Assembly: GCA_000934665.2 (NCBI GenBank)
Contig: KZ538628.1
Coordinates: forward strand, 1 to 57,528
Length of the DNA: 57,528 bases
From: Catajapyx aquilonaris
Lineage: Eukaryota
Reading direction: 5' to 3'
Program-made: the position numbers and the translations under genes
Shown: in pieces, positions 27,298 through 41,562 of the stretch
Numbering within the stretch: position 1 is the first letter of the stretch
Layout: the number at the start of each line of letters is the position of its first letter
The notes under the pieces: generated by a model
Seen by the model: only the letters and a program-made list of their open reading frames with translations
Databases searched by the model: none
Told to the model about the DNA's origin: nothing

Positions 27298-28406
27298 ATG
27301 GCCGACCTGAACTACCTGTCTGTTGAGCTGAGCTGTCCCGATCGGACATACCATCCCGGGGACCCTGTGTCGGGGCAGGTCATCTACGCAACGAACAAGC
27401 CACGTCGTTCACATCAAGGTATAAGAAAGCGCAGATTTACATTTACGAATAATGAGACTAATTACCGTGCATGGCTTCCAGGTATTGCTGTGGAAATTGT
27501 GGGGAAAGCGCGTGTGGAGCAGCATCGAAGGGTGCTCATGAACAACTACATGACGGACGAGATTTACCTCAGGACACGCATCGTCCTCAACCCGAGTACA
27601 TGGCACGTCAAAAATCATGCTGCGATTATTTTAATTGTTCATTTAAAAATTTGCAGGTGGTTCCGCCATTGTTCCGGGGGCGCACAAGTTTCCTTTCTCG
27701 TACACCCTCCCGCGTGGGATTCCGTCCAGCTACAACGGGAAGTACGGCCGTGTGTCATACAAAGTGCGTGTACTTGCTCATCCTTCACTTTGGGATGTGC
27801 GTAAGCGTCTGCAGACCGTTCAGAAGGAGTTCAGGGTCGTTGCGGAGCTTGACCTCAACGCAAATCCCAAGGCGATGGAGCAGGTGGTGATGGAGAAGCG
27901 CATTCGCTTTAAGAGTTTCCTCGGGATCAAGCCAGGTCCGTACCACATTGCGGTCAGACTCCCACGCTCCGGATACATCCCTGGAGAGACCATCCTCATA
28001 AACGCGATGATTACTAACAACAGCTTCTTCCTATTGGTCGTGGAAATGGTACTGAGGCAGGTGGTGGAATTCCGCTTCGATGCGGACGACGCAGCCGGCA
28101 AAGTCCTACTGAAGAAGAAGGACGTGGCCAAAGTTCCGGATATGGAAATCCGGCCAAAGGAAACCACGAACTGGTGCGAGAAGAGGCTGCAGGTGCCACT
28201 GGGTCTGCCTCCGACTGATCTGGGAGGCGACTGCGGCCTCATCAAAGTGCGGTACGAACTGAAGGTGAGCCACAACCAGCCGTTAATTACTCTCATGCCC
28301 TAACGTACTTGCACCTTCTCAGGTGACTGAAGCGCCTGGCATAGTCCACCTGCGGCTCCCCGTCATCCTTGGTACTGTCCCGTTGCGTCCACCGGCAGAA
28401 GCGTGA
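27298..28406 (+). CDS. Alpha-arrestin / arrestin domain-containing protein (~308 aa)
   Basis: Exons 27298-27418, 27482-27595, 27657-28264, 28323-28406 (927 nt). Motifs YHPGDPVSGQV, PGAHKFPFSYTLPRGIPSSYNGKYGRVSYKV, GYIPGETI, LPPTDL..CGLIKVRYELKV, LPVILGTVPL. Confidence 0.9.
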
Positions 28407-28754
28407 TGATTCGGTCGTGCCAACAATGACTCTTTGAGTTCTTTGAGTTGCAGTATTAAAAGTTTTTCGTAAAAGAAAATCTTGAGTTTTTCCGTTGATC
28501 CCATTTTTGAACAAATGGGCGCCAATGTCTAATGAGCTACTTTTCCAGCCAATTGTTACGTGATGCAATAGAAGCAGCTAATTTGAGGATTGTTGCATCA
28601 CTCAGCCGATTCATTGGGAGACGCGGCCAGCCAAGGAAAGAAGTCGGCCGACTGACATGTAAGAGTCCAGCGTAACCATGGGAATCGCATTGTTACGTAC
28701 ATTGTTGCTGAGTAGTTCATGTTTTTAGAAGAGTGCCCGGGATCTGCAGAGATT

Positions 28755-30656
<1,902 letters not shown>

Positions 30657-30718
30657 CGGGGACAACCGCATTAGAAACCATTAAATTGGATTTTTAAAAA
30701 AAGAAGTGTGTTCATTAC

Positions 30719-31320
30719 ATTTAAATTTTGGCGGGCTGTGAGTCACGTGACCAGCGTGCGTCTGGCAACATTGTGAGTCACGTGACTTGCGTCTGGCAAC
30801 ATTGCGTCGTTTAAATTTTGGCGCCTATTTTTGCGTCTGGCAACATGGCGTCGTTTAAATTTTTGCGCCTGCGTCTGGCAACATTGTGAGTCACGTGACT
30901 TGCGTCTGGCAACATTGCGGCGTTTAAATTTTTGCTCCTGCGTCTGGCAACATTGTGAGTCACGTGACTTGCGTGTGGCAACATTGCGTCGTTTAAAATA
31001 AGGCGCCTATTTTTGCGTCTGGCAACATTGTGAGTCACGTGACTTGCGTCTGGCAACATTGCGTCGTTTAAATTTTTGCGCCTGCGTCTGGCAACATTGT
31101 GAGTCACGTGCGTCTGGCAACATCGCGTCGTTTAAATTTTAGCACCTGCGTCTGGCAACATTGCGTCGTTTAAATTTTGGCGGCTATTTTTGCGTCTGGC
31201 AACATTGTGAGTCACGTGACTTGCGTCTGGCAACATTGCGTCGTTTAAATTTTGGCGGCTTGTTTTCTTTCCATCTGGTCATTGTGAGTCACGTGATTTT
31301 ACGTCTGGCAACTGTGAGTC
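30719..31320. repeat. Tandem array of a cassette with GTCACGTGAC, TGAGTCA and CTGGCAAC motifs, directly upstream of paralog B
   Basis: Repeated TGCGTCTGGCAACATTGTGAGTCACGTGACTTGCGTCTGGCAACATTGCGTCGTTTAAATTTT; about 8 CACGTG cores; followed by CAAGATGGCGG at 31321. Confidence 0.85.
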
Positions 31321-31398
31321 CAAGATGGCGGCGCTCTTGGTTTAGTTGACGGCTTCTTTTTTGTGAGGTTGTGAGACGTGTTGCCGTACCGTCAGGAA

Positions 31399-32998
31399 AT
31401 GTCGTCGTCGGTCCATCGGTGTCGAGGGAAAGGGAGGATTGGGAGGAACGTCGTGGATCGGATCCTGGCCACCCCAATCACAGGGGTTGGACCCAGATCG
31501 GCCACACAGGTACACACCGGACATGCTTTGTTTATCATCATTAGGGTTTTTAATTAATGTGTAATTTTTGCAGATTCCTGTGGGAGCCTGCATGCATGCG
31601 GCTGGAAGAGGAGGAGTGGCCAGCAAGTGTGATCCGGAAGCTATCTTCCGGATGCTGCGGACGGTTGAAGCGGCTGGAGGCGACATGAGCTGCAGGGAGT
31701 CACCGCTCATATCGGCTCAGGACCGGGAAGACTCAGAGGTCAGTCGTTGCTATCAACGGAGGCAACACTTGTTAACATGTCGCAATTGCAGCAAGTACTG
31801 GAGTTCCTGATGGACCAGAACGTGCGGTTCAGGATGACATTTGACCTGTACCTGTTCTCCTGCACGGTCCCGTCGCTTCTAACCGCAATCATGACTGAAC
31901 GGGCGTCCCTAGGTCAGCACGACTGGGAGATCAAGAACTACTGCATACGTGTCCTGCACTCCGTCGTCATGAAGGTACAACCTGCGTCGAACCAGGGAGC
32001 ATATACTACATAAGAGGCCCGGATTCGCGTCTCTCTGTTTGGGATGTTGTCAAGGCTGGTGGCCCTTTTGAAGTGGGGGCAACTCCAACGAGGTATAAAT
32101 AGGGTACAGGCAAAAATAGGGTCCGCCATCTTTGATGGTTTTGGCGACCATGGCAACTACACGTCAAGAACACGCGCGAATCGAAGATGGCGGGCCCTAT
32201 TTTTGCCTGTACCCTATTTATACCTCGTTGGCGTTCCCCACACTTCAAAATGGCCACCACCCTTGACAACACCCCAAACAGAGAGACGCGAATCGAATGT
32301 TCGTGCCTCTTATGTAGTGTAACTATGCTCCCTGGTCGAACTATGAAGCGATTGTATACATATCTTGACATTTGCAGAACCGGAAGGTGGCGACGGACCT
32401 GGCCAAAGAGGACAACTTCCTGCAGCAGTGCCTGCGTCTTCAGATGCACCCTGTGACCGGCTGTTTCGCATCGTGGCTCCTGACCAACTTCCTGGAGCAT
32501 CGGAGGGACATGCTTCGTCTGGTGTCCATATGTGAGTACCGCCGGCGGTCAATTAAATGTGTAACCGCATCCGGTTCGTTCACAGCCAATCTGCGGTCCA
32601 TACTGGAATCGCTGAGCGTGACGGAGCTGGCCCAGCTGAGCCCGTACCTGGCGTCATCGCTGGAGAAGGGCAAAGTGCGGGACGAGTCCATAGTGCGGGA
32701 GAACGCCAATTTCCTGTGCAGTGTGGACGGCCTGGAGGCAAAGCTGGAACGTTACGTGGAGCAGCCCACGATCCTGGCCTCCCGTCTGATCAGTACAAGC
32801 CCGACTCCAAACATGCTGCGGACCTGGCCGGTATGGGTACTGTTGAAGGTCAAGTTCGTGCGACTAGTGCTCCTGAAGACTGTGAGGCACTACGAGAACG
32901 AGCAGCTTTACATGGCCAGCATCTGGGGGGCGCTCCAGGACTTTGAGAACACCCTGGAGGAGGCCGAGACCACCGCTGGAATGAATCACCAACAGTGA
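31399..32998 (+). CDS. TRPC4AP/TRUSS-like protein, N-terminal half only (paralog B, ~341 aa)
   Basis: Exons 31399-31509 (MSSSVHR...NVVDRILATPITGVG), 31574-31738, 31792-31974 (DWEIKNYCIRVLH), 32378-32531 (VATDLAKEDNFLQQCLRLQMHPVT), 32586-32998; 1026 nt; same intron positions and phases as paralog A and clear similarity to it (WPVWVLLKVKFVRL vs WPNWVLLKVKVVRL). Confidence 0.75.
31993..32334. mobile_element. Foldback MITE family A copy in intron 3 of paralog B
   Basis: CAGGGAGCAT...ATGCTCCCTG with perfect 7-bp TSD GTCGAAC (31986-31992, 32335-32341). Confidence 0.9.
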
Positions 32999-33764
32999 TC
33001 ATTAGGCATGCCGTCATCAATATTTAACGTTATTTAATCATCGTTAGTTCGGTAAGACCCATTTGGGCATTGTGATGATAAATTCTCTCTGCCAACAACA
33101 ATTGTGTCCGCTCTTGCCTTTCATTGCGGATAGTGCATTTCAACAATATTGTGATTGGTTCGGGTAAACTATGCAGTGTGGACCTTCAGTGTAAGTGCGC
33201 TGCGTACGGTGCAGAGACGTATTATCTGTGATGTACACAACATGTGAACGCTGTACTTGAGCAAGTTATGGTTTTCCAGTAATGTGATAATTGCATACAA
33301 CTAAAATTACGTTACCTGATTGCAAATGAGAAAAAAAATAATCTATACTTGAGGTGTCATTAAGAAATGTTGCATGTGACGTGAAAAATACAAAACTGAC
33401 AGTATATGTTGGAAAGTTTAATTTGAAAACATTTTACAAGGCACACTGGTACAGTTCACCTGTGCCGACTTTACACAACTGCGGACGTCTTGCATGCAAG
33501 GCGACTGCAGGATATTAACAACAAAACACACGGTATGCACAGCATGCTAACATATTAACAAAGAAATCACTGGGAATGGATGTGACATACCAAAATGTAC
33601 GCTTATTGCACAGTAATGAACACAAAAAATAGTACGGCTCAAAGGTCAGGAGTCGAACAGACTGCAATTTCGCCAGTGGATTAACAGTGTGCTTTATAAT
33701 GCGAACGGCATTAACACTGTTTCCATGTTACGGCGCACATCTGCACGAGTGACCTGAAGGGCAC

Positions 33765-35002
33765 TTAGAAGCTGATTCTGTACAATTTGCGCAGAACGTC
33801 CTTCATAGCTTTGAGCATAAGCGCGCCCAAAAGGAAGGTATGGTCGTTATGTCCCGCCATCAAGTGGATGATGGTCAGGGTCAAGCGGACGTTCATGTTG
33901 ACCCAGGAAGGCCAGCTGACACGGCCTACCAAATAGAGGACATTGGGGTCCTCCGCCTGCACGATGCTTGTCTGCGGTCCAGCACGTACTTGGAGCAGCT
34001 TGTCCTCCAGGTTGGACAGGCTCCTCACGAATGCGATGTTGCGTCTCCGGAAATTGCTACCGGCGTGAACCAAAACTTGGTTGAGGATGGCTGAGAGGCC
34101 TGCAGCCACAGGCGGGTCGCATGTCAATAGGGTTTCACGCAAGTTGGCTGCAAATAAGAGGGTGTAAACGCTGGCGACACTGTCAATTGCAGCGTACTTA
34201 CGCACTGAGGCCAAATCCAGCGATGGGCTCGGAAGGCATGCGATCAGTAACGTCACGACCCAATACGCATGATGCCGCCCCCACTTCTGCGACATCTGCT
34301 GAATGCAAACGTGAAGAAGCAGATGGTCCTGCGCCACCAATTCCCGAGCCTTCCCCTTGTTCTGCAACATTCCAATGTTAAAATCCTGCACTTTTTTTTA
34401 ATGGCACCTCGCCGTACCTTATCAAGAAGCAAGAAGAGAATCTGGCAGCACAACCCTTTGATGAAACTGACATGTTTTGGTTCACCCTCAGGAAGAAGGT
34501 TCTTGGCGACAATGATGGTTAGAAGCTTCGGAAGAATATCTCGCTCGATTGTAACCTTCACTTGATAGTCGCACGTGCGACGTTCCTTGGGCCTGTTCCG
34601 TGCAAGGGCAAGTAGCCCCTACAGGTAAGGACAGGCCGGTGTGATGCTAATGTGTGGGGTAATGTAAACTGTTCTGTTACCTTCAAGTGCACCCTGCCGA
34701 CTTTGAAGTCGCACGTTTGGGTGGCCAGCGACTGCAGAACCTTCACCGACAGCAGCGTGTTACACCAGTAGTGCGTACGCTGTCCTCTCTTTGCCGGTTT
34801 AAGTATGCATCCCTTAGGTAGCTGCGGAATCACACTCATTTAATACCGCATATGGCCCAACAGTGTGTCTCATTTGACACCCTACCTGGTGCAATGAGGT
34901 GTAGCCCAGTCCTGAGACGGGTCGGGAGATGATCTGGTGCAGCACGTTTGCCCTCCCGTTGGCCCCGGAGAAGCCCTTCCGATGAACCCGATACGAAGAC
35001 AT
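33765..35002 (-). CDS. TRPC4AP/TRUSS-like protein, N-terminal half only (paralog C, ~333 aa, most divergent)
   Basis: Minus-strand exons 35002-34886 (MSSYRVHRKG...NVLHQIISRPVSGLG), 34821-34681, 34618-34418, 34361-34202, 34147-33765; 1002 nt; same 5-exon layout and phases; motifs PNLRETL, NIAFVRSLSNLEDKL, WPSWVNMNVRL align with A and B. Confidence 0.65.
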
Positions 35003-35351
35003 TATTTGTTCCAAACTCACAGAGGTCAATGACCGCGTCTCCCGTTTCGTACAAAATGGCGGCCGGATGTGCAATTTGGCAACGCCGCTTCCGCACACAT
35101 CGTTGCTAATCACAAGTCAATGCAGCAGCATTGTATTTATTTTCATGCAAATTAATTAACTCGCGCGTGGAATAAAAACAATAAAGTCCCGCAGTTTCTA
35201 CATGGCAACAATTTTCAAAATGTAATTTTAGAACCGGCGTAAAACGGGTAGCCTACATACTGTATTTTGATAATTGGACGTGTTATGCAATAATGCGTCA
35301 ACCCACATTACCAGAGAAACAGGCCGTGCGAAGAACGGGCTCCACTGCTAG

Positions 35352-36193
35352 TAGGGCTGTGCTATATTTCGATACATCGACTGTCGATACGATATTTTCC
35401 TAATATCGAAGTTGCGATATCCGACGCTTGGCATGTGCGATGTATCGAATATCGCTATTTTTCGATGTCGGGTTTTTGACTTTCGATGTATCGACTTCGA
35501 TTCGATATTTTCGATGTCGGTTTTTCGACTTTCGATATATCGACTTCTATTCGATATTTTCGATGTCGGTTTTTCGACTTTCGATATATCGACTTCTATT
35601 CGATATTTTCGATGTAGGTTTTTCGACTTTCGATATATCGACTTCGTTTCGATATTTTTCGACGTATCGACTTCGATTCGATATTTTTCGATGTAGGTTT
35701 TTCGACTTTCGATATATCGACTTCGATTCGATATTTTCGATGTCGGTTTTTCGACTTTCGATGTATCGACTTCGATTCGATATTTTCCGATGTCGGGTTT
35801 TCGACTTTCGATATATCGACTTCGATTCGATATTTTTCGATATAGGGTTTTCTATTTTCGATATATCGACTTCGATTCGATATTTTTCGATGTAGGTTTT
35901 TCTATTTTCGATATATCGATTTCGATTCGATGTTTTTCGATGCCGGTTTTTTTTTACTTTCGATGTATCGACTTCGATTCGATATTTTCGATGTCGGTTT
36001 TTCGACTTTCGATATTTTTCGATGTATCGACTTCGATTAGATATTTTTCGATGTAGGTTTTTCGACTTTCGATATATCGACTTCGATTCGATATTTTCGA
36101 TGTCGGTTTTTCGACTTTCGATATATCGATTTCGATTCGAGATTTTTTTAGTATCGAAAGTCGATATGCAATTTCGGATATCGAACAGCCCTA
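35352..36193. mobile_element. Non-autonomous hAT element with TCGA-rich internal repeats
   Basis: TAGGGCTGT...ACAGCCCTA termini; perfect 8-bp TSD ACTGCTAG (35344-35351, 36194-36201); interior is tandem TTCGATATATCGACTTCGATTCGATATTTT-type repeats. Confidence 0.9.
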
Positions 36194-36342
36194 ACTGCTA
36201 GTTCATATTATCAAATAATATTATACAGGGTGTTAATCCTTACATTGTGAATAATGCATAATCAGAGATTTTCCCTAATTTGGTTCGATAGAACTGCCCA
36301 TTAGCTGTCTGTAATAATGTCATGGTATGTTTAATTGGTGTA

Positions 36343-36830
36343 GGATGCCGCCTCCATAAGGATCCAACAGTTTTAACCCAAAAGGGGGCTTCAAGACTTC
36401 ATATTGTGGGCAAAGAACATGGAGAAAGCGTTACAGTTGTGGCTTGTGGGAACGCAGTGGGTTCCATGATCCCTCCTATGATTTTATACTCAGGAGTGAG
36501 AAAAAATAGAGCCTGGGAGAAAGGTCTGCCTGCTGGATCATCGACTCAAATTACTCCAAAAGGGAGCATGACAACTCCAACTTTTGTTCTTTTTATTTAT
36601 GAAACATCTTGCCAGATTCAAACCCTACGGACCATGCCTTCTGATTTTTGACGGAGCCAAGGCACACCTCGATTACACAATTTGTGAAGAGGCTGAATTG
36701 CTTGCCATCCAACACAAGTCATGAACTGCAACCTTTGGACAAAAGTTGCTTAAGGAGCTTTGAAACTTTTTGGGACCAAGAGGCTCTGAGATTTTTCGAC
36801 TCACACCGGGACAAGAAGGATATAGTCCCT
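36343..36830 (+). pseudogene. Degenerate pogo/Tigger-type DDE_1 transposase fragment
   Basis: GESVTVVACGNAVGSMIPPMILYSG...GSMT, then after frameshifts CLLIFDGAKAHLD and CLPSNTSHELQPLDKSC: the DDE_1 catalytic-core motifs spread over three frames. Confidence 0.85.
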
Positions 36831-37606
36831 TCTGGTGCAACAGCTCATGGATGGTGCTCATTATTATCAGGGTCATCCAGCACTGGAACCAACTCCTCAT
36901 CCTCCACCTCTTCTTCCTTAGTCTTTGCATCTTCCGCACATGCCAAAGAGTCAACCCAGCTCAATTGGTGCTGTCCTTTATTTACCTTCTTCGACCCATT
37001 TCCTAATCTTCAACATCATGGATCTGCAAATAGTTCCTGATCAAGTGTTATGCGGACATATCTATGTGCTATGTGCAGTGAATTATTTGCCTTACGAGCA
37101 CCTGACCCTGAGCGCAGTCCATGATTCTGCAACTTTGTTCTGATACTCTGCGGAGGTCACAGCTTACATTCACATGTGGGCTGCCTTCATTCCACAGCTA
37201 ATTTAAGGCCTCCTCATCTACACAGCCTGATGCAAGATCCCTGTAAGAACATTAAACCAGTGAGAGATCTCTGCAAAAGTGCTGAAGATCTGTGCTCCTG
37301 ATGAAGTCCAATGCCTCGCAGACCAAACCCTGCAAACTTTCCCCATTGGCTCACGAACCTGAAAGTCAGCCACATTAATTCAAATTAGAGCACCACGATC
37401 ACATTCTCACAATTGCAGACCAACTGAAATCTTGTGCAGATGCTTATGACAGCAGATGTGGTGGAACAAAAGTATTGGAACTAGGCAGGGGCACACTTTC
37501 ACGACTAACATGTACTGCTTTTTATTTCTGAGGTTGGTAGCCAACAATCGATGCCCAGACATTTCACATTCCATCACCCCCTCCCTGATGGACCCTGCCG
37601 TCATCC

Positions 37607-37940
37607 CTACTCTGGTTCTTCCGTCTTCCCTTCCTGTGGTTCTTCCGGCATCCCTTCCTGTGGTTCTTCCGGCATCCCTTCCTCTGGTTCTTCCGGCATC
37701 CCTTCCGCTGGTTCTTCCGCCATCCCTTCCTCTGGTTCTTCCGCCATCCCTTCCTCTGGTTCTTCCCCCATCCCTTCCTCTGGTTCTTCCCCCATCCCTT
37801 CCTCTGGTTCTTCCGTCATCCCTTCCTCTGGTTCTTCCGCCATCCCTTCCTGTGGTTCTTCCCCCATCCCTTCCTCTGGTTCTTCCCCCATCCCTTCCTC
37901 TGGTTCTTCCGCCATCCCTTCCTGTGGTTCTTCCGTCGTC
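37607..37940 (-). repeat. 24-bp minisatellite, reads (EEPEEGMx)n on the minus strand
   Basis: About 13 units of CCTTCCTCTGGTTCTTCCGCCATC. Confidence 0.9.
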
Positions 37941-38029
37941 TCTTTCTGTGGTTGGCCATCAGTGGACTTCTCTTCAGCTGAAAGTACAAATATTACCAGT
38001 AGTTACAGCGGATGATAATGCATGCAAGG

Positions 38030-38490
38030 GGGTTCCACAGCACCTTTTGCTTGGTTCTTGGCCGGGGCTCCCTGAGCACCTTTTGGTTGGTACTTCACGT
38101 ACTTGACTGGGCCAGGGGCTGGGGCTCCAGGAGCACCTTTTGCTTGGTTCTTGGCTGAGGCTCCATGACTATGACCACCTTTTGCTTGGTTCTTGGCTGG
38201 GGCTCCATAAGCGCCTTTTGCTTGGAACTTGGCTGGGGCTCCATGAGCACCTTTTCCTGGGAACTTGGCCGGGGCTCCATAAGCACCTTTTGCTTGGAAC
38301 TTGGCTGGGGCTCCATGACTTGCTCCATGAGCACCTTTTGCTTGGAACTTGGCTGGGGCTCCATAAGCACCTTTTGCTGGGAACTTGGCTGGGGCTCCAT
38401 GAGCACCTTTTGCTTGGAACTTGGCTGGGGCGCCTTTTCCTTGGAACTTGGCTGGGGCTCCATGAGCACCTTTTGCTTGGAACTTGGCTG
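38030..38490 (-). repeat. 36-bp minisatellite, reads (MEPQPSSKQKVL)n on the minus strand
   Basis: About 11 units of GAGCACCTTTTGCTTGGAACTTGGCTGGGGCTCCAT. Confidence 0.9.
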
Positions 38491-38769
38491 GAGATTACAG
38501 CAAACTAGATTATAGCACACCTAAAAATTAGCATGAAAGGACTCACGCTTCGCAGGATATCCATGGGTATCTATGCAACTGTAGATTATCAGAAATGTGC
38601 ACAATGTAAAGCAGAAGTGACTTTTCTCGAAGCCCAACATGGCCAGCTTGAATATCGAAAAGGTAATAATCCAGTATCAGGTTTGGTAGCAGTTATTGAG
38701 CAATTTGGCTAGCTGATGCACTCGAGAGAATCGTAGGGGGATAACAAAACAATTGTTACGTTACAATCA

Positions 38770-39158
38770 TTTTTACATTTACAGGTTTTAGACGCTCAAG
38801 TCAGTTTTATGTTAGAAATATGTTACTGCCCACTAGATAAAACATCAAAATAAAATTAATTCCACATAAAAGTTTCATGAATAATGTTTCCAAGTTATAT
38901 ATTCTATTGTGACTGTGATAGGTCAACACTTACGTTTGTGTTTTTATGTTAATAATAATCTTTCTTAACAATGTAGGTTGCTTTAACACAGTATTAACCA
39001 AAAGTACAGGACTTTCTTTGGTGTTAGTTAAATGTGGCATTAAAAATTATTAAATACTGGCATTACGTGAAAAGTTGTCCTCTTCAAGTCCACCAAAAAA
39101 TAACTTGTGGCAAAACCGATCATCTGGACCTACAAGGGACCGAGGTTTTAAATGGTTA
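38770..39158. repeat. Dispersed AT-rich repeat, related copies at ~49013-49245 and ~55565-55625; possibly piggyBac-like
   Basis: Shared GACGCTC(A/G)AGTCAGTTT(T/C)ATG and ATCAAAATAAAAT...TTCC(C)ACATAA...ATTGTGACTGTGAT blocks; copies begin TTAACC/TTGACC and this one ends GGTTAA. Confidence 0.55.
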
Positions 39159-39214
39159 AAACTAATCAGCTTCCAAAATTTTATTGCCAACTTTGTTAGC
39201 AGAAAAATAATGGC

Positions 39215-40584
39215 TTAACAAGGTGGCTCATCCAAACACAATTTTTTGCTTTTTGGTTCATCCGACTCATCCTCAGCTCGCGGTGCACACAGGACATGTT
39301 CTGGCATAACAAACGAGACCCTCATCATCTCTTTCTTAGGTGACACATCCCGCACTCTGAACACCTCAAGCAAGTTGCTACCTAGTTCCGTTCCAAGAAC
39401 TTTTTCCACTCTGTGCTGGACGTCAAGCGCAGGGTTATCCTCCGTACTGAATGCGTACACATGCACAGTCAGTTTCTTGGCATCTTCCTTGTTAAGCAGT
39501 CCAACGAAGGCATCCAAAAACTCGATGGCTATAGCGGGAAGGTTCATGGCAACATGCAATGCTCCGTCTCCGTCATACTTAGCAATGTCGCCAGCCACAT
39601 CCGTCCTAATAAAGTCACGTCCATCTTTATTAAAGCAGTGGACATAAGCACCAACTTTGTTCAGTTCCACGTTGCTCAGTAGCCACTTGTACGACTCTGG
39701 ATTGAGATCGTTTGCAAGTACATTACACTTTTTGCGGGCAGCAGGCACCGCAAAAGGACCAACCCCTGCAAACACATCGTACAAGACATCCCAAGGTTGC
39801 AGCTTCAACACAATCCGCTCATGCTCGGTGCTCAATCGTGGGTTCCAGTACACCTGCGCAAAATCAAGCTGGTACCGACAATAATTCTCTTTAACCTCAA
39901 CAACAGTGTCTGGCTCACCCGCCAGCAGCTCCATCTTAAAATTGCGGTACGTCGACTCGATACTGTCCGCCTTGTTGACCACACACCGACAGCCTTTGAC
40001 CTTATCCAGCATCACTTGCCCTATCAACTCTCCATACGGACGCAGGTGGTCACGCAGGTTTAAGTGCAGCACATGCCCGATTTTGGAGTAGCTGGACAGG
40101 CCTTCGTCGGGCAGGACGGCCCGCAGCACCTCATCCGCCTTCCAATTCTCATACCGCAATTGAACCTCTCCCACATGGAAACTATCCGCAGTTACACCGA
40201 TACCCTCCAGGTTAATCCGCTCCTGCTCGGTCAAGCTCTCATACTCTTGAACCGCGTTTGGGTTCAAATACGCTTTCAGCATTTCCGCTTCGTCCCCATC
40301 CTGCACCGGCTTGAAGTTCTCCATCTTGAGCAGGTACGGCTTCAGAATCTTAACCGCCTTTGCAGCCACCCCTTCCTTGATGGTCACCCACGGAACGTTC
40401 ACCTTCTGCGCAAACTTCTCCCTATCCAGCACCCGCATACCCTTGATCCCCTCGCCGCAAATCTGCACCGCCGTCATCACACTAACCCGACGAACAAACC
40501 TCTGCAAAAAACCAATTACTGCAATTACTGAAAAATATGCATATTTATAAATTTATGATTGGAAATTACCAGAATGGAACACAT
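39215..40584 (-). CDS. TRMT5: tRNA (guanine(37)-N1)-methyltransferase Trm5
   Basis: Main exon 40501-39215 with IGHVLHLNLRD, VYWNPRLSTEHERIV, DVFAGVGPFAVPAARK, ANDLNPES, MNLP, VRDVSPKKEM; tentative first exon 40584-40570 (MCSIL). Confidence 0.95.
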
Positions 40585-40940
40585 GAGCTGGCAGCCATGT
40601 TGGCCATGTTGGCAACACTGCCGCATCCCGGATTTAATTGTGATTAACATTAATCCGGGCATAGTGCAGCATAAAATCGGTGCATTGTTTAATTGTTTTT
40701 AAAAATATATATTATAATTATAATAAACTGATGCTGTTGTTGCCAATCTGTTGGCAACAACCCACCCACAAAATCCAAGATGTCCGCCCGTTAAAAAAAG
40801 GAACGTTTTCTTGGTTGCCAAAGAAAGCAAACCTTTTCGGTTCTTCCCGGATCCGTCCCACGCCGCCCCCTTTTTTATTTATAACCATCTGCAAAAGGAC
40901 CGGCTTCAACATCCCCCCACCAAATAAGAAAGAAGCAGTC

Positions 40941-41562
40941 ATGTCGGACGGATTCAAGGCGAAGGAGATAGGACTGAGGGCCCAGAAGAAGATATTGGGA
41001 CGGATGGCAGGGAAGAACATGGCCAAAGTTCTCATTGATGAGACGGCTGGATCGCTTCTGGATAATGTGTACAGGCTGCTTAAAGCATACGTAAGGGTCG
41101 CATCGGTACGCACCGTATACGCAGCATAACACTTACCGATCGTTACAGACAGGGAACAAGAAGGAGGCGGAGAAGACGGTCAAGAACGCAATCAAGCTGG
41201 TCATCAAACTAGGAATACTATCCCGCAACAGCCAGTTCGACGCGGATGAGCTTCGTTGTGCCACACGTCTCCGAGAGAGGTTCAGGTCGACCGCAATGGC
41301 CGTTGTTAGCTTCTACGAGGTGGACTTCAGCTACGATAGAGCCTACATGTCGTCCGCCTTGCAGGAATGCCAGTCGTTGCTGCACAGGCTGGTCGACAGG
41401 CATCTGACGCAGAAGTCGCTGGCAAGGATCGATTCGCTCTTTGGTCTGCTTGCCAGGCCCGAGTTTTTGGATGCGGTGTTCAGAGCGGATTCGAGCTTGA
41501 GAGAGCATCTGGCTCGGGTCGTTGCGGACCTCAACAAGGCCTTTGAGGAAGGCGGGATGTAA
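40941..41562 (+). CDS. TNFAIP8: TNFAIP8/TIPE family protein (sigmar-like), 187 aa
   Basis: Exons 40941-41090 and 41149-41562; FKAKEIGLRAQKKILGRMA, LLDNVYRL, NKKEAEKTVKNAIKLVIKLGIL, SFYEVDFSYD, HLTQKSLARID. Confidence 0.95.

Noticed and set aside
35412..36056. Repetitive ORFs (FDISTSIRYF...)
   Set aside because: Internal repeats of the hAT MITE bounded by TIRs and an 8-bp TSD.
40570..40607. Upstream ATGs (40607, 40598) as TRMT5 start or regulatory uORF
   Set aside because: Out of frame with exon 2 and the TSS is unknown; may simply be promoter motifs.
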